Made by a program: the position numbers and the translations under genes
The notes under the pieces: generated by a model
The model's input: only the letters and a program-made list of their open reading frames with translations
The model's database searches: none
Told to the model about the DNA's origin: nothing
Source of the DNA: Klebsormidium nitens
Lineage: Eukaryota; Plantae; Klebsormidiophyceae
DNA: 64,000 bases
Reading direction: 5' to 3'
NCBI GenBank assembly: GCA_000708835.1
Contig: DF237436.1
Location: forward strand, 1-64,000
Shown here: positions 46,657 through 58,409 of the stretch, piece by piece
Numbering within the stretch: the first letter of the stretch is position 1
Layout of the letters: each line of letters starts with the position of its first letter

Positions 46657-49277
46657 ATGGTGAGTTTTTCGCCCACGGCTGAGAGACATGCCCTTGGTGC
46701 AGGGGCTGTCCTACTCTTCACGGTGATATACGACCGGAGGGCTAAGCTGTTGGCTACCGTAGTTCGACCGCCTCTCTTGTTGTAAAAAGGTCGAGCACAT
46801 TTTCATTTGAGTTCGACGGTTGGAGTCTTCTCATCAGCTTGATCCTGGACTGTATTGCTCGTAAAGAGAACAAATGGTCCGTGGCATTCTTCTGTGTAGG
46901 TTTTCAGGCGGTTTGTGGAGATTGGCCGGGTGGCTCTCATCAACTATGGTGAGAACTACGGCAAGCTGGTCGTCATCACCGACGTGGTCGATCACAACAG
47001 GGTGAGGCAATATTCTGGTGATGCATGCCTTTTGGGGTGCAAGTTGTGACCGGTATGAGCAGGCTGGAATGAGTGAAGAAGAGGAAGAGGCAGCAATTTC
47101 CCAGGAAAGGCGGCATGGTAAAGGATGTGCTTTGGCTGGCAGGCATCTGTTGAGAATGGTTATTGGAATATTCTGCTACATGAAGATACGTGGTAATGGT
47201 TACCTGAGCAGTGGAGGGAATGTGGTGTGCATCCTACAGAGGGCAGCTCTATGATGGCGCCTTTGGTCCAGCACGCGGCTCTTGAAAAGTTGATGAGGTG
47301 ACGCAAGAAGAGCAACTGGCAAAAAGGACATGCCCTGGCCATTAGACAGTCCTGCAAATCAAATCACGGGCTCAATTACGGGCAAGTAGATCTTAGTGAA
47401 CATTCTCTTTTCTTGGGACTGCCACATGTTGAGCTGAGGAAGGCTTCCAACCAAGGTTGCTGCTGAGCCTTATGAAAGTGCATCGGAGCTTGTGGAAAGC
47501 AAAGGGGATTCTTGGCATCTGGAGAAGCAGTAATAGTTTTAAAAGGAGATTTGGGACTCGTGCGCTCTCGTGAAAGTTGCAGTCTAGTCAACGGGCTTGA
47601 TTGAGCATGCCACGCCAGCACGAACAACAAATTGGCACCTCTGAGACACAAAGCTTGGGAGACCTGGGGGGCACAGCTAGTTCCTGCACACATCCGAGCA
47701 GCAAGACCCTTATTGGCGATCGACAAGGCCGCGGTGTCAGCCTGTTTTGTCAGATTGCTTGTATCTTCTACGGAGTGTCCTGCCGTGGGATGTCACTTAA
47801 GGCGTCCACTCTAAAAACAGTGCGAGGAAACTTGAAGGAGTCTTTCCCGTGTAATACCACCTATTTCTGAAGCGAGCATTCTGACGGGCTTCTTCTCTAT
47901 ATGCAGGCCCTTGTTGACTCTCCTGACATGGTGCGCACTGTGATCAACTTCAAGAGGCTTACGCTGACCGACATCACAATTGAGATCCGGAGACTTGCAA
48001 GGAAGAAGGAGCTCAAGGAGGCCATTGAGGCGGGCGGTAAGTTGTCTGCTTCGACAAGTCTGCTTCGTGTTTATTTACTATGTGAAATTGGTTCATGTGA
48101 TTTACTGGCTGACAGGCTTCTATCAGGTCAGTGTACTTGTTGCTTTGGACCGTAGTGAAGGTGCTGGCTTTCAGCAGGAGTGACCTACACAGCTTTGTTT
48201 AGTTGGGCCTTGGTGCACTATGGAATCGGGGGGGGTGGTGCAGGTTGGCTTTGTTGTTGTGTTCTAGGACGCTGTCTTTCAAGAAAAGCAGCTGGGCAAA
48301 GTGCCCAGTGTTTGCTCGACACATCGGGCACAGGGCAAGGGATGCTGCTGGCCTGTCGGCTCAGCCATGGGAAATTGTTTCCTTTAGGAGCTCGAGCAGT
48401 TCGGCAAGTTGTCCAGGCACTTGGCAAGCATAAAGGATGGTTCTAAGTTTAGCAGACGAGCGCAACTGCAAGGGGGCCAGGTTGGTAGTCTAGCAGGCGA
48501 GTGCGTCTGCTCAAGACAAGGATCTCACGCGGGCCCTTATGCTGGCTGCAGAGGTGCACAAGAAGTGGGCGGCCAGCTCATGGGGCAGGAAGCTGGCGGT
48601 GCAGGACAAGCGGGCGAAGCTGGGCGACTTTGACAGGTTCAAGGTCATGGTGGCCAGAGTCAAGGTGAGCCGCTGAAAGAGGGGGAATTGCCAAACCTGG
48701 GCTTTGAGACCTCTTTCGCTGTCACTGTGGGGTTGTCTTGTTTCCGTAAAGTGTGAGTCGCCGCGTGTTGGGAATGCTTCCGCAAATGCAGAGCAGCTTG
48801 GTCTCGGGTGTGCCCGCAGAGAGTTATTGGGGTACTGCCTCATGGGTGTGCTTTTGCGAAGGGAAAAAATGGGAGTATATTCTTAATGTGGGGTTTCACT
48901 AGAGTTCATTGGACGGCATTGGACGGCAGAATGAATCTTATCGAGCCCGCTATGACCCCTGCTCTTTATATAACCCAAGAAACGTGAGTCTGGTATTGAT
49001 CCGGTGGAAACCCGCGTTGGAAGTCAACTGGTCGGGCTTGGGCTCAATTCGCAGACCTGGGCTGGAAGTGTCACTATCAAACATTCGTCGCATGTGGGAG
49101 AATCTTGCTGCAGCTTGGGCACAAACGCATCCGTCAGCCCGTTTGGCATCAAGTGCAATCTTTACGCTTTCCATTCATGGGGGAGACTGGCATCGCTGAC
49201 TGTGGTTTTGTCGCTCCCCTTTGCAGAGGAGTGCCGTCCTCAAGCGGGAGCTGGCCAAGCTGAGGAAAACAAAGTAA
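46657..49277 (+). CDS. RPL14: 60S ribosomal protein L14 (eL14), 5 coding exons
   Basis: ATG-only first coding exon 46657-46659, then 46900-47001, 47907-48036, 48552-48664, 49227-49277: [58 protein letters not shown]...[10 protein letters not shown]...[29 protein letters not shown]. Confidence 0.98.
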
Positions 49278-51011
49278 CCTGGACACTGGCATCTGTCAAC
49301 GAAATGCCAATTACGGTTATTGCTTTCATTTTCCGCGCTTTTCCAGTCCAGCCCTCCCCATTGGCTGGCTGAGTTGCTGCTCTCTTTCTTTCATCATTGT
49401 TCCTTGCTTGCGAAGTGACTTTTCGGGCCTCAGTAAAGCTATGTTCTGACCCATTTGTGACCACCCAACATCGAGGTGTGCCGGGCCTAAGTGAGTTTGT
49501 TGCTAAGCGTCCGCCCGACTGTACATGCGTATGAAACTATGAAACTAGCGAGTGTGCATGGATGCCGCCGAGCTCGCCACTTAACTTACTGCGCACTTAC
49601 AGAGTGGCGGCCACTGCCAGGCCAGTTGTTCATTCATGTCTAAGGGTTCATCACATTTGGCTGCGGCATTGAGTACGAAATGAGACCACCACACATTCAG
49701 GGGCCTGCGTTCATTATATGCCGTCATAACCAGCTTCACAGCAGATCGGATCAACAAAAGTGGTCATGGGAAATCATGCAATTTGGACTGCACATATTAT
49801 ATAACACATGCTTGAACTTCAATATCGAAGTATATACATGTCGCGCCCGTCTCATCCTTGACTCAGTCCGGAATCAATCTGGCATGCACGAAACAATCAC
49901 ATATTATTGGTCGTTATATGTGACGAGACACAGCTTGCAAACTTACGTACAGCGGTGTTATACAATCTGACTCTAATGCAAGCGATGCTGCGTCACAGAG
50001 ATCACCTAAACGCTCAATAACGGAAGGATTGAGAATCGAGATGTCAAACATTCCTAGCTCCGTATACAGATACAATTCTGCTCTAGGTTTCGAGAGGTGC
50101 CAGCACATGGGCTCTTGAATCAACGCCCAAGGATCCGTGCATATGTTAAGCCAAAAGTCAAAATATAACACTAAATTGATTAAATCTACACTGCAAGCAC
50201 AAGAAACTGTTCACTTAAGCTTGCTTTTAACCTCCTGCACCTATCGCCTCTCACCTTGGACTTAGGGATTCAAAGCGTAAGAATGTCTGCACCTGAAAGA
50301 TTGACTAACAGCTTGCCGCTCAATTCAAAAACGGTCCAGCCCCCAAGAATTGACTCCAACCTCATCTGACCATCTAATCACTCGCTAATTAAGGTTACGG
50401 CAAACCTGGTCAATACCTTGTCTTTGAAATTCCGACTGCTGCTGAGGAACCTCAACTCAAGAATCTGCTGGAGGGATGCACCTGTCTAAGGCTGAGTCGA
50501 AGGAAGTCTTTGCTTTGCAATCGCGAAGCTTTGCGAACCCGTAAGTTTGTACCATAAAATCCTCAATAGTAGATTGTCCTACTACCTCTACTTTGTAAGT
50601 CTTACACGAGAGAAGTCCCGCCAAAAAGTGAACAATACCCTTTGCTACGGCCGCAGAGCTGCCTTTGACTTCTTCTTTGCTGCTTTAATCTGGCCCAGTT
50701 GTTAATAGCCCCTGCTGCGAGTACCTCTCTCAATACCGACAATGTCTGTTTCTCGAAATATCAACTCCGACAAGTACTGCCATCCGGTGATCCGCACGAC
50801 CCAACCCTACGACCACACGTCCCCATGTCCCGGCCCTTCTCCCCGCCTTTCGCCCTTGACGGACGTACCGGCCCTTTCGACGTCCGATCCCGCTCCTCTA
50901 ACAACCAGCGCTCTTCTTGAATCGGGACGCGCCCTGCATCCCCTCTCTGAACTCTCGCACATCTAGCCTGGCTCTTTCTACCCGCCCTAGTTCTTCTCTC
51001 ACACCCGTCAC

Positions 51012-53405
51012 TCACGCCTCGTAAATCTTGAGCACGCGCTCGATGGGCCGCCGGCAGACGGGGCAGCCCTGGCCGCCCTGCTGCACCAAGCGTCCGCACG
51101 CAAGGCACGTGGCGTGGTGGCCGCACGGCACAAAGACGCACTCCTTGGGCGCGTTGCAGCACACGATGCAGATCTCGTCCTCGGGCAGGCCCTCGATGCT
51201 GGCGGGGGGGGCGTCCGTGGAGGGGGCTTCTGTGGGCAAGACAAGAGGAGAACGTGAGCGGGGGGGCGAAGTTCGGCTCTGTAAAACGTGGACGACTGGC
51301 CAGCGATTGCGGATTCTGGCAGACCAAGAAGCAGCAGGATTCTACGAGACAACAAGTTGGTGATTCCATGTACTCGACCTTTGAGTGGTCGATGTGTACC
51401 CCTGTATATATGCATTGTCGGTGGCAGTTCAACGGCGAAGTAGGGCAGAGATATAATTGAAAATTTTGCACTTGACAGGTTCTGTGTCAGGGTTGGCAAC
51501 AGCAGATTTCCGAATCAGACACGGTCTGAACGGCTTGGCAGCACCGTGTATGTGGTACCAGAAATTTACCACTAAAAGTGAGTTGAACTTTTTCCAGACA
51601 GTGCGACAGGTTCTGAGTATCTAGAGGGGAATCCACCATCTTCCAGAAATATGATGGGAACTAAGCATACAGCAGCCCAATCCGCAGTTCCGAAAATGCG
51701 TAGAAAGGGGAGCACACTGTTCAGGCTGCTACTTGGAATCTTAAGGCAGTTGCGCTTGCAGCATACCATTACATTGAAAGGTTCAGAAGGGCAGGCTTAC
51801 CTGGCTCTTTGCCCTTGGCCGTACGCTCCCTGGCCGCATCCGCTGCCCCACTCGAGTAAGAATAAGTGCCTTCGGCAGTTGGAGGGCTTTCTTCCCATTC
51901 GCTCCAATGATTCACAGACGCCGGAGGGTTTTCGTTCCTCTTGGTCCGTTGTGCTGCAGGCCCCGTAGCGCTGCTCGTGCCTGCTCCACTGCCGTCCTGA
52001 CCATACAATGTTGCAAACATCTCGACAAAGCGTGCGTTCTTGGGGATCGACTTGCTGAAGAACACGCCCGCTCCCGTGGTTTTGAACGTGGACCCGTTGA
52101 ACCCCGGCTCGAACCACTTCTTGGCCCCAGCCTCTGCGGACCCCCCCCCAGACTTCGTTTTTGGAGCGCTGGTAGGTCTGCCGATAAGGGGAGGCTGCTC
52201 AAGATCGTTTCTCCTGGCCGTTAGCCGAGGCGCCCTCTTCTTACAATAGCAGCAGTAGCAGGTAACAATCGTGCCTATGATCACTGCGATCCCTCCCCAC
52301 GTGCAGCCTATGATGATAGCTACTCTTTTCTGGATGGAAGAGCCAAGATTGGATTGCTTGTATGGGGGAGGCGGGGGCGACCGAATGGCCGGGGGCGAAA
52401 ATGCGTAGATTGAGCCACGCCCTGTGCAACAAGTGCAGCTGTAACTTCCGGCTGAGATAAGGAGTATCTTCCCTCCAACTGCAGTGCACTTGTCTACCGC
52501 GTCAGTTGTATTTCTTGCAGATGGGCAGCTCCGTTTGATGGCGTTGACGCAGGGGCTCGTGGGCAGGGGGCCAGGCGGGGGAGGAGGGGGAGGAGGACTG
52601 CAGTACAAATAAAGCAAGTGTCATTTTGTGGCCTGGTAATACTTGTCGCCATGGGGTTGACTCAAATGACTTTTGTTCAGCAAGTGCACACTGTAGGAGG
52701 ACTTTCTAGCATGGCAAGCAGTCTTCCCTCACAGCAAGCGCATTCACTTTGTCGAGGTTCCTAGAAGAATGTCACTGCCGGAAATTAACAAGCGAATCTG
52801 CTACCTTTACTTGAAACATATGCCTTTTGTCTGGCTACTCGGACCTGGACGGAGAAGCAAAGTCTCCCAACCCAATGTAGTTAGGGTCCAGTCAAAAAGC
52901 TGAACTGAGGCAGGTGGAACGTGCTGGGTGTGCAATGCTGGCCAGCCCCTACAAGTAAACTCTCCTGACACTCACAGCATGACCAATTGGCAACCAGTGC
53001 GACAAAATTAGCAACAACAACTTTATCACGCCTGGGTTGCTCCATATGGATATACAAAATGACTCACAGCTTTGGAGCTTCGATGCACGGGCACAGGAAG
53101 ATGCCAAAGTAGCCGCCGTCAGCGCACTTGTCGCCGTTCTTGCAGGTGCAGATATGGCCGCTGGCGCAGGAGTAGTCGCTGTAGCACCCCGTCTCGTAGG
53201 CCCATCGGGGGTCACATGTGGGGTCGCTGTTGGGTAAAACCGCTCCAAATTGGAACGGACCAGGGGCAGGGGCAGGCCCTGCCTGGAGAACCTTCCGGCC
53301 CGGTTGAGAATGGGGCCCTGAGTCCGCGTCTGGCTCCAGTGCTGAGCTTCCGCCAAGTGTCAGCAGAAGAGTGGCTATGACAAGGCAGCCAAGCAAGAAA
53401 GACAT
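51012..53405 (-). CDS. Type I membrane protein: signal peptide, two Cys-rich ectodomains, Pro-rich linkers, TM, cytosolic RING-HC (C3HC4) E3 ligase; ~450 aa
   Basis: Exons 53068-53405, 51801-52597, 51012-51229 (1353 nt, phases 2 and 1 consistent). Signal MSFLLGCLVIATLLLTLGGSSA; TM VAIIIGCTWGGIAVIIGTIVTCYCCYC then KKR; RING CIVC...CGH..TC..C...CPVC with C-terminal IERVLKIYEA typical of XIAP/MDM2/LUL-type zf-C3HC4_3 domains. Confidence 0.9.
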
Positions 53406-53847
53406 GGTGGGATTTCGAAGGAGCGAGGGGCCAAGAATGTGAGCGGGCAAGAAGCTACTTGAGGGAGAGTTTTGGCTGCAAGATGTCTCGCTTCACGCGA
53501 AAACTTGAGTAATTGATGGCGGGAAAGATACAGTGGGTTCCAATTGCTCTGAAGCGCTCCTTAGCAGCGACACGGGGCTTGGGTTTTAGAGAATTGGCTG
53601 CTCGTGATAGAATGACTGCGAACAAGACAATGCAGGCCCCTTGGATAGAAATGCTTCTTAGAAAGGCCTCTGGATCACTCCAATTGCGTTGTAAACCTGT
53701 ATCACTACGCCGAATCAGCTCAATGGCAAAAAGTAGGGTGTGAAATGTGGATGCAACTTGTGATTTGCAGCATAAGGAGGCGTGACCGGCTCAAGTCTCC
53801 CCTCAACAGGATACTGAGCGCCGCCCTTCTGCGTCCCTCAACCCAGC

Positions 53848-53870
53848 TAGTAGTAGTAGTAGTAGTAGTA
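53848..53870. repeat. (TAG)7 microsatellite in the divergent intergenic region
   Basis: tagtagtagtagtagtagtagta. Confidence 0.95.
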
Positions 53871-54454
53871 CTCTGCCAGTGGTCAGTAAATTGGCAGCAC
53901 TTGGCTGTCCTCGCTGGTCAAACTGGTGCTCTCTCAGTCTGCTTTGCACCTACGGTAGTACGGTCTGGACCTAGGATACCTACCTAGACTCCTAGTCCAT
54001 CAAATGCATGGGCGGATTGCAACATGTTCACATCCTGAACATCATCAATATTGCAGGCATGCATGCCAGTAAAAGCACGGGTGATCCCCCGCCCTCGGAC
54101 ACGTGACGTTGCCCAGCCCAGAAAACTCGGATCGTCTTGACACAAACTTTCAACAGGATTGCCGGTTCCCCTGACGGTTCACGCCTGCCGCGGGGAAGCG
54201 TCTGCTCCGGCGCGCGGCTTTCAACGGCATCTCCCGTCTGGTGTCACCAATCTTCGCAAAAGTGCGTACGGTACCTACCAGCTTTTGCTGCTCCATCATC
54301 AATGAGTCGAAGTCTGTCTGACTTCGCCTATTAGGCTACACTCCCAACGTCCAAGTTCATTTCCAGACTTAGCCTTGTTTGTAGCGTTTGAATCAGAAGG
54401 CGTCGAGCTGGCAATACCTATCTAGAGGGCTGAAGCCTGAAGGGAGTAGAGGGC

Positions 54455-57317
54455 ATGGCAGCAACAGCTGTTTGCTTCCGCCCGCATCAGCTTCAACATT
54501 CAGCAACCAAGAGCTTTGCTTCAGAGCGTGATCTGCTGGCAAATCAACGCACATATTGCTCACAGAGGCAGGGAAAAGCTGCATTCCACTGCGTGATCCA
54601 TCAATCTATGCCCGCAAGGGCAAAAGCTCATCTCATAGCCAAAAGTGCTTGTCGCTTTGACTCGTGTTCCCTCCGCTCTTTGAACAAACGAACAGCTGTT
54701 GATAATCCCCAATTAGCAGCTTCTAAATCTAGGACCAAGTGTCTGGAGCTGACACGGCGTCGTTGCAGCACATCAATGGCAAGCACAGGGTCGGGGAACG
54801 AAGCAGAAGAGGCTGCCAAGTCAAGCAGTCAGCAGGACATGACCGTGTTGTTCGTCGAGATGGGAGTTGGCTATGACCAGCACGGGTGAGAGTTTGCGTC
54901 AGCAGCTTCCCAATGGAAGCAGCATTGTCATAGTTTTAGGCAACCTGGCTGCGATTGCAGCCAATCGCTGCAGGATAGGATGATGTAGGACGCAGCTTCG
55001 GGGTGGTGGTGGCATTGCCATGCACTTTCGCTGCTGATGCCGCAGACAATGGCGCTGGTGGTATTCAAGTCATTGGTGTCATAAGTGCGACTAGGAAGGT
55101 GGCCAAACCACCGCATGGCAAGCCTTCAAAGAGTGCTCTGTACCACCCATTGAGCTTTTTAACGGCATGATTGAGTCATGATTCATTTGTGCTCTCAATT
55201 CCAGGTTGTCTGGGAATTCTACAATTTGGTGCCTGCTTGATGGCAAGTTACAAGAATTACCTCAAGGTTTGCCATCTTTCGCAGTGCTAATGAGCGACAT
55301 GTTTGCTACAGTTGCTAACACTCGCATTCGCAGCTTGACAAACTAAGTGGGCCCCTGATCAATAAGAGCAGGTTTGTGGCAGCACGAGTTTCCGTGCCTT
55401 TAGCGAACAGAGGTGTCCGATCTTCAAATGATGTCACGGCTCTGCTCTGCAGGCAGGATATTACCAGCGCAGCAGTCAAAGCATGCAAGAATGCCATTAC
55501 GTCAAACTCCATACCTGCATTCCGAACAGGTGGGACATGCTGCTACCCTTTGAAAGTTGGCAGACAACATGGATTTCTCAGCAGCAGTTCCATGTCAGAT
55601 TGCTGACAACTTTCAGTTTGTGGGAGCTTAGACAATCACCAACTTGTGTTCGGAGCACCGTTCCTGGACCCCTACTACTTACTGTCTTGTGACGAGCCTG
55701 ACTGCTGCGCTCTTCCTACACATATCCATTCTAGAATGATGACAGCCCGCTTCTACTGAGGAAAGCCACAGATCTTGACCACCCTCCGCTGTCTTGAGAC
55801 CACTTCAAGGACAGTCTGCGGTGCCCTTGGAGACTCTGCCCACCAGTTCCTAAGTCTGAGAGGCTACTTGTATGGTACATATCGATAGCAATGCTTGATG
55901 TTTCCCAACTGGCTTCAGGCTGCTGTCTTGTTCACATAGAAGCAAGAGTAGAGCACAAACCTGACCACAAAGACGTCCAGTTGAACGTTCGGTTACAATC
56001 GGCTCGCCGATTGTGCCTTGTGTATATCTCTCAACGAACCACCTTTTCATGAAGCGACGTTTAAAAATGCAGTGCAAATGAAGCATCAGTCCGTTTTTGT
56101 GTTGTCTCTTGGGGTGGCCACTTCTCTCGTCCCTCAATCGTTTGGAGCCCGTTCGAACGATTTATGGAGAATCGGAGCGGGAAGCAAGGAATATGAAGAG
56201 CCTGCCTGACTCGAAGAGCCATTGTACATTTCTGACATTCCTCGGCGCCTTTTCTTTTGGTATAGGTGCGATTCCTGGGGTGAGCTGGGGCGAGATGAAG
56301 TTGAAAGTCGTCCTGGGCGTACCTCGGGAGGCCGCTCACGAGCTGGACATTCCAAAAGTGAAGGCCATCTTTCCATAGTAAGGAGGGATCCTATTCTTGA
56401 AATGCAAAGTGCTTCAAATAAGTCCGGCGCTGTGCTGCTTTACTTCGTGCGTGCATTCAAGCAACCTTGAAACTGTTCGCTTGAACTCGCGGATTGCCGG
56501 TACTTTCAAGGTCCGAAGACGATTTTCGATTTGTCCAGCTCATCGACCACGATTTAAAACGCCGTCCGTTCATAACATCGGGCGATAGGGTATCTTTGAT
56601 GCTGTCTTGATTACCACAACTTCCTGCCCGCTGTTTTCTAGGAGAGTCTTGTGGAGAACGTCGCACGAAGGGCAATAGGTTGCTTTTGTATGTTTTTGGG
56701 ACGCAAGGGACGCAAATGAATCGTTCGCTATACAAAATGGCTTCCAGAAACAGGCGTTTTGTATGGGCATTATTGCCTATACAAATTAGAGAATGCATAT
56801 GCAAAACGCTTGATTTCATGTTTTGCATATGCATTATTATGCCTATGCATTTTGCCGATGGTTTTGCATAGGCACTTTTCTGTCGTTCGCATTCAAAGGT
56901 TTTCCAAAATTGGGCGGGATTGAGTCAATCTGCTCAACAAGCACTGGGTCTGGACGGCCTAAGCCTAGCTGCGATAAAATATGGAGGCCTTTACCGAGCA
57001 CGTTTCGCACGACGTCCTCAGTAAATCGTGCTTGCATTTCCCGACGCTCGCGGATTCAGACCCGATTTTCCGAGAATGGAAAATCGCTTCAGCATGCTAG
57101 ACCGTAGTGCAATGGCCAACCCGCAACAGACTTTTTCCTGTTTGCTTTCCTGTTGCCCTCTTGTGACTTTGCCAGCTTTCGTTGCAGTGGCGACATAATT
57201 GACGTGGAGGTGAAGGACGGCGGACTAGTGTGCTCGAGTGGGGTCGCCATCGAGGCCCTCGGGGACAAGAACGATCAGTGCTACATCGTCAATGCGGCCG
57301 TTTATGTGGGCTACTAA
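54455..57317 (+). CDS. Lin0512-family protein (conserved hypothetical CHP02058) with probable organellar transit peptide
   Basis: Exons 54455-54885 (alternative start 54776), 55453-55529, 56266-56377, 57188-57317. VLFVEMGVGYDQHGQDITSAAVKACKNAITSNSIPAFRTGAIPG...KLKVVLGVP...LDIPKVKAIFPYG...DGGL...NAAVYVGY matches this family from memory of its motifs. Confidence 0.9.
56682..56874. repeat. Array of four inverted-repeat pairs built from one ~12-nt motif (TTTTGYATRKGCA), MITE/foldback-like
   Basis: ttttgtat..atacaaaa (56684/56730); tttgtatgggca-ttat-tgcctatacaaa (56758-56785); aatgcatatgcaaaac-12nt-gttttgcatatgcatt (56792-56835, perfect 16-bp stem); tgcctatgca-15nt-tgcataggca (56840-56874). Confidence 0.85.
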
Positions 57318-58409
57318 AGTGTCTAGCTGCGCATGAAGAGAACTTGTGCAAGCCCTCCTAATACGCTCAAACCCAGCCACCGTTGGAAGGAGGCTGTGAA
57401 ACTGCTCAAGTCACAAAATTTTGTTCCTCAACTGCCTGCGGCATGGAAAAGGGGGCTCAGATCTCCCTGATTGCGAGATTCTGAAACCGTCGTAGGATAG
57501 TCAGGGGACTGAGCCATAGCCGGACACCATTGAGAGCTTGATGTCTTTGGACGATTGGCCACAAAGGCTCAACTCCGACCGGCTGTTTGACTTCGCTCTG
57601 CGATACACGCCAAGGCAACCAGACAAGCTATTGGTAGCTGCACTCTCCGTGCAAACGATCGTGGAAAATATTCATCCTCTTGAGCCAGTGAGTACGGCAG
57701 TTCAGAACATCGTCTTTCCGTGCAGATCGACCACCTACTTCCTTGTTTCACGTACGTCATATGTGCTTATAGAAGCACATAGAGTTATCTTGTCATTTCA
57801 CTGAGCTGCTTATGTGGAGGCCAGATGTTGCAGCTATACGGCCGTGGCGCCATAGCTGAGTGCTCGAGCTAGCCACGTTGCTCTTTCCTCGAGCTGGAAT
57901 TGCACAAAAGTGACATGGGTGGATGGTGGCCAGCTGTATGCGGGCGCCCATGACTCTTGGACTAGGATATCATCAGCCGCAAGCATCCAAAAATTCAAAC
58001 AGTACCCTGGTTACCAGGAATCGTATGGACTTCTGCAACCATGATTTCAGAGACCCGACTGCCATCACCACTACATGCCAAATCCTACAGTCACATGCAA
58101 TGCATGCTTGAATTGACTTTGATCATGACAGGCATAACCTGCATGCCAGAATTAAGCGGCGTGTGCAGTAAGAGTGACTGAACACGCAAGAGCAGCCGTC
58201 TACACGTAATTGGCATTGTCACTAAAAATTGGCATGAAGGCCCATATGGACACAAAGTGTCCCTCGTGTGCGCGTCACACAAGGTGTGCGAGGTGTCAGC
58301 TCCTTGAGCTCGACTGTTCTATTGCGGATGTCTACAAGGCCGACTCACCGTCGTTTCCCCGCCTTTCAAACAGGACTCGGCGGGGCAACAAAGTGTCAAA
58401 CTGGGAAGC

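Noticed and set aside
47002-49226. Intronic snoRNAs expected in a ribosomal-protein gene
   Set aside because: No convincing RUGAUGA...CUGA pair with terminal stem, or H/ACA layout, found by eye; a snoscan/Infernal run would be needed.
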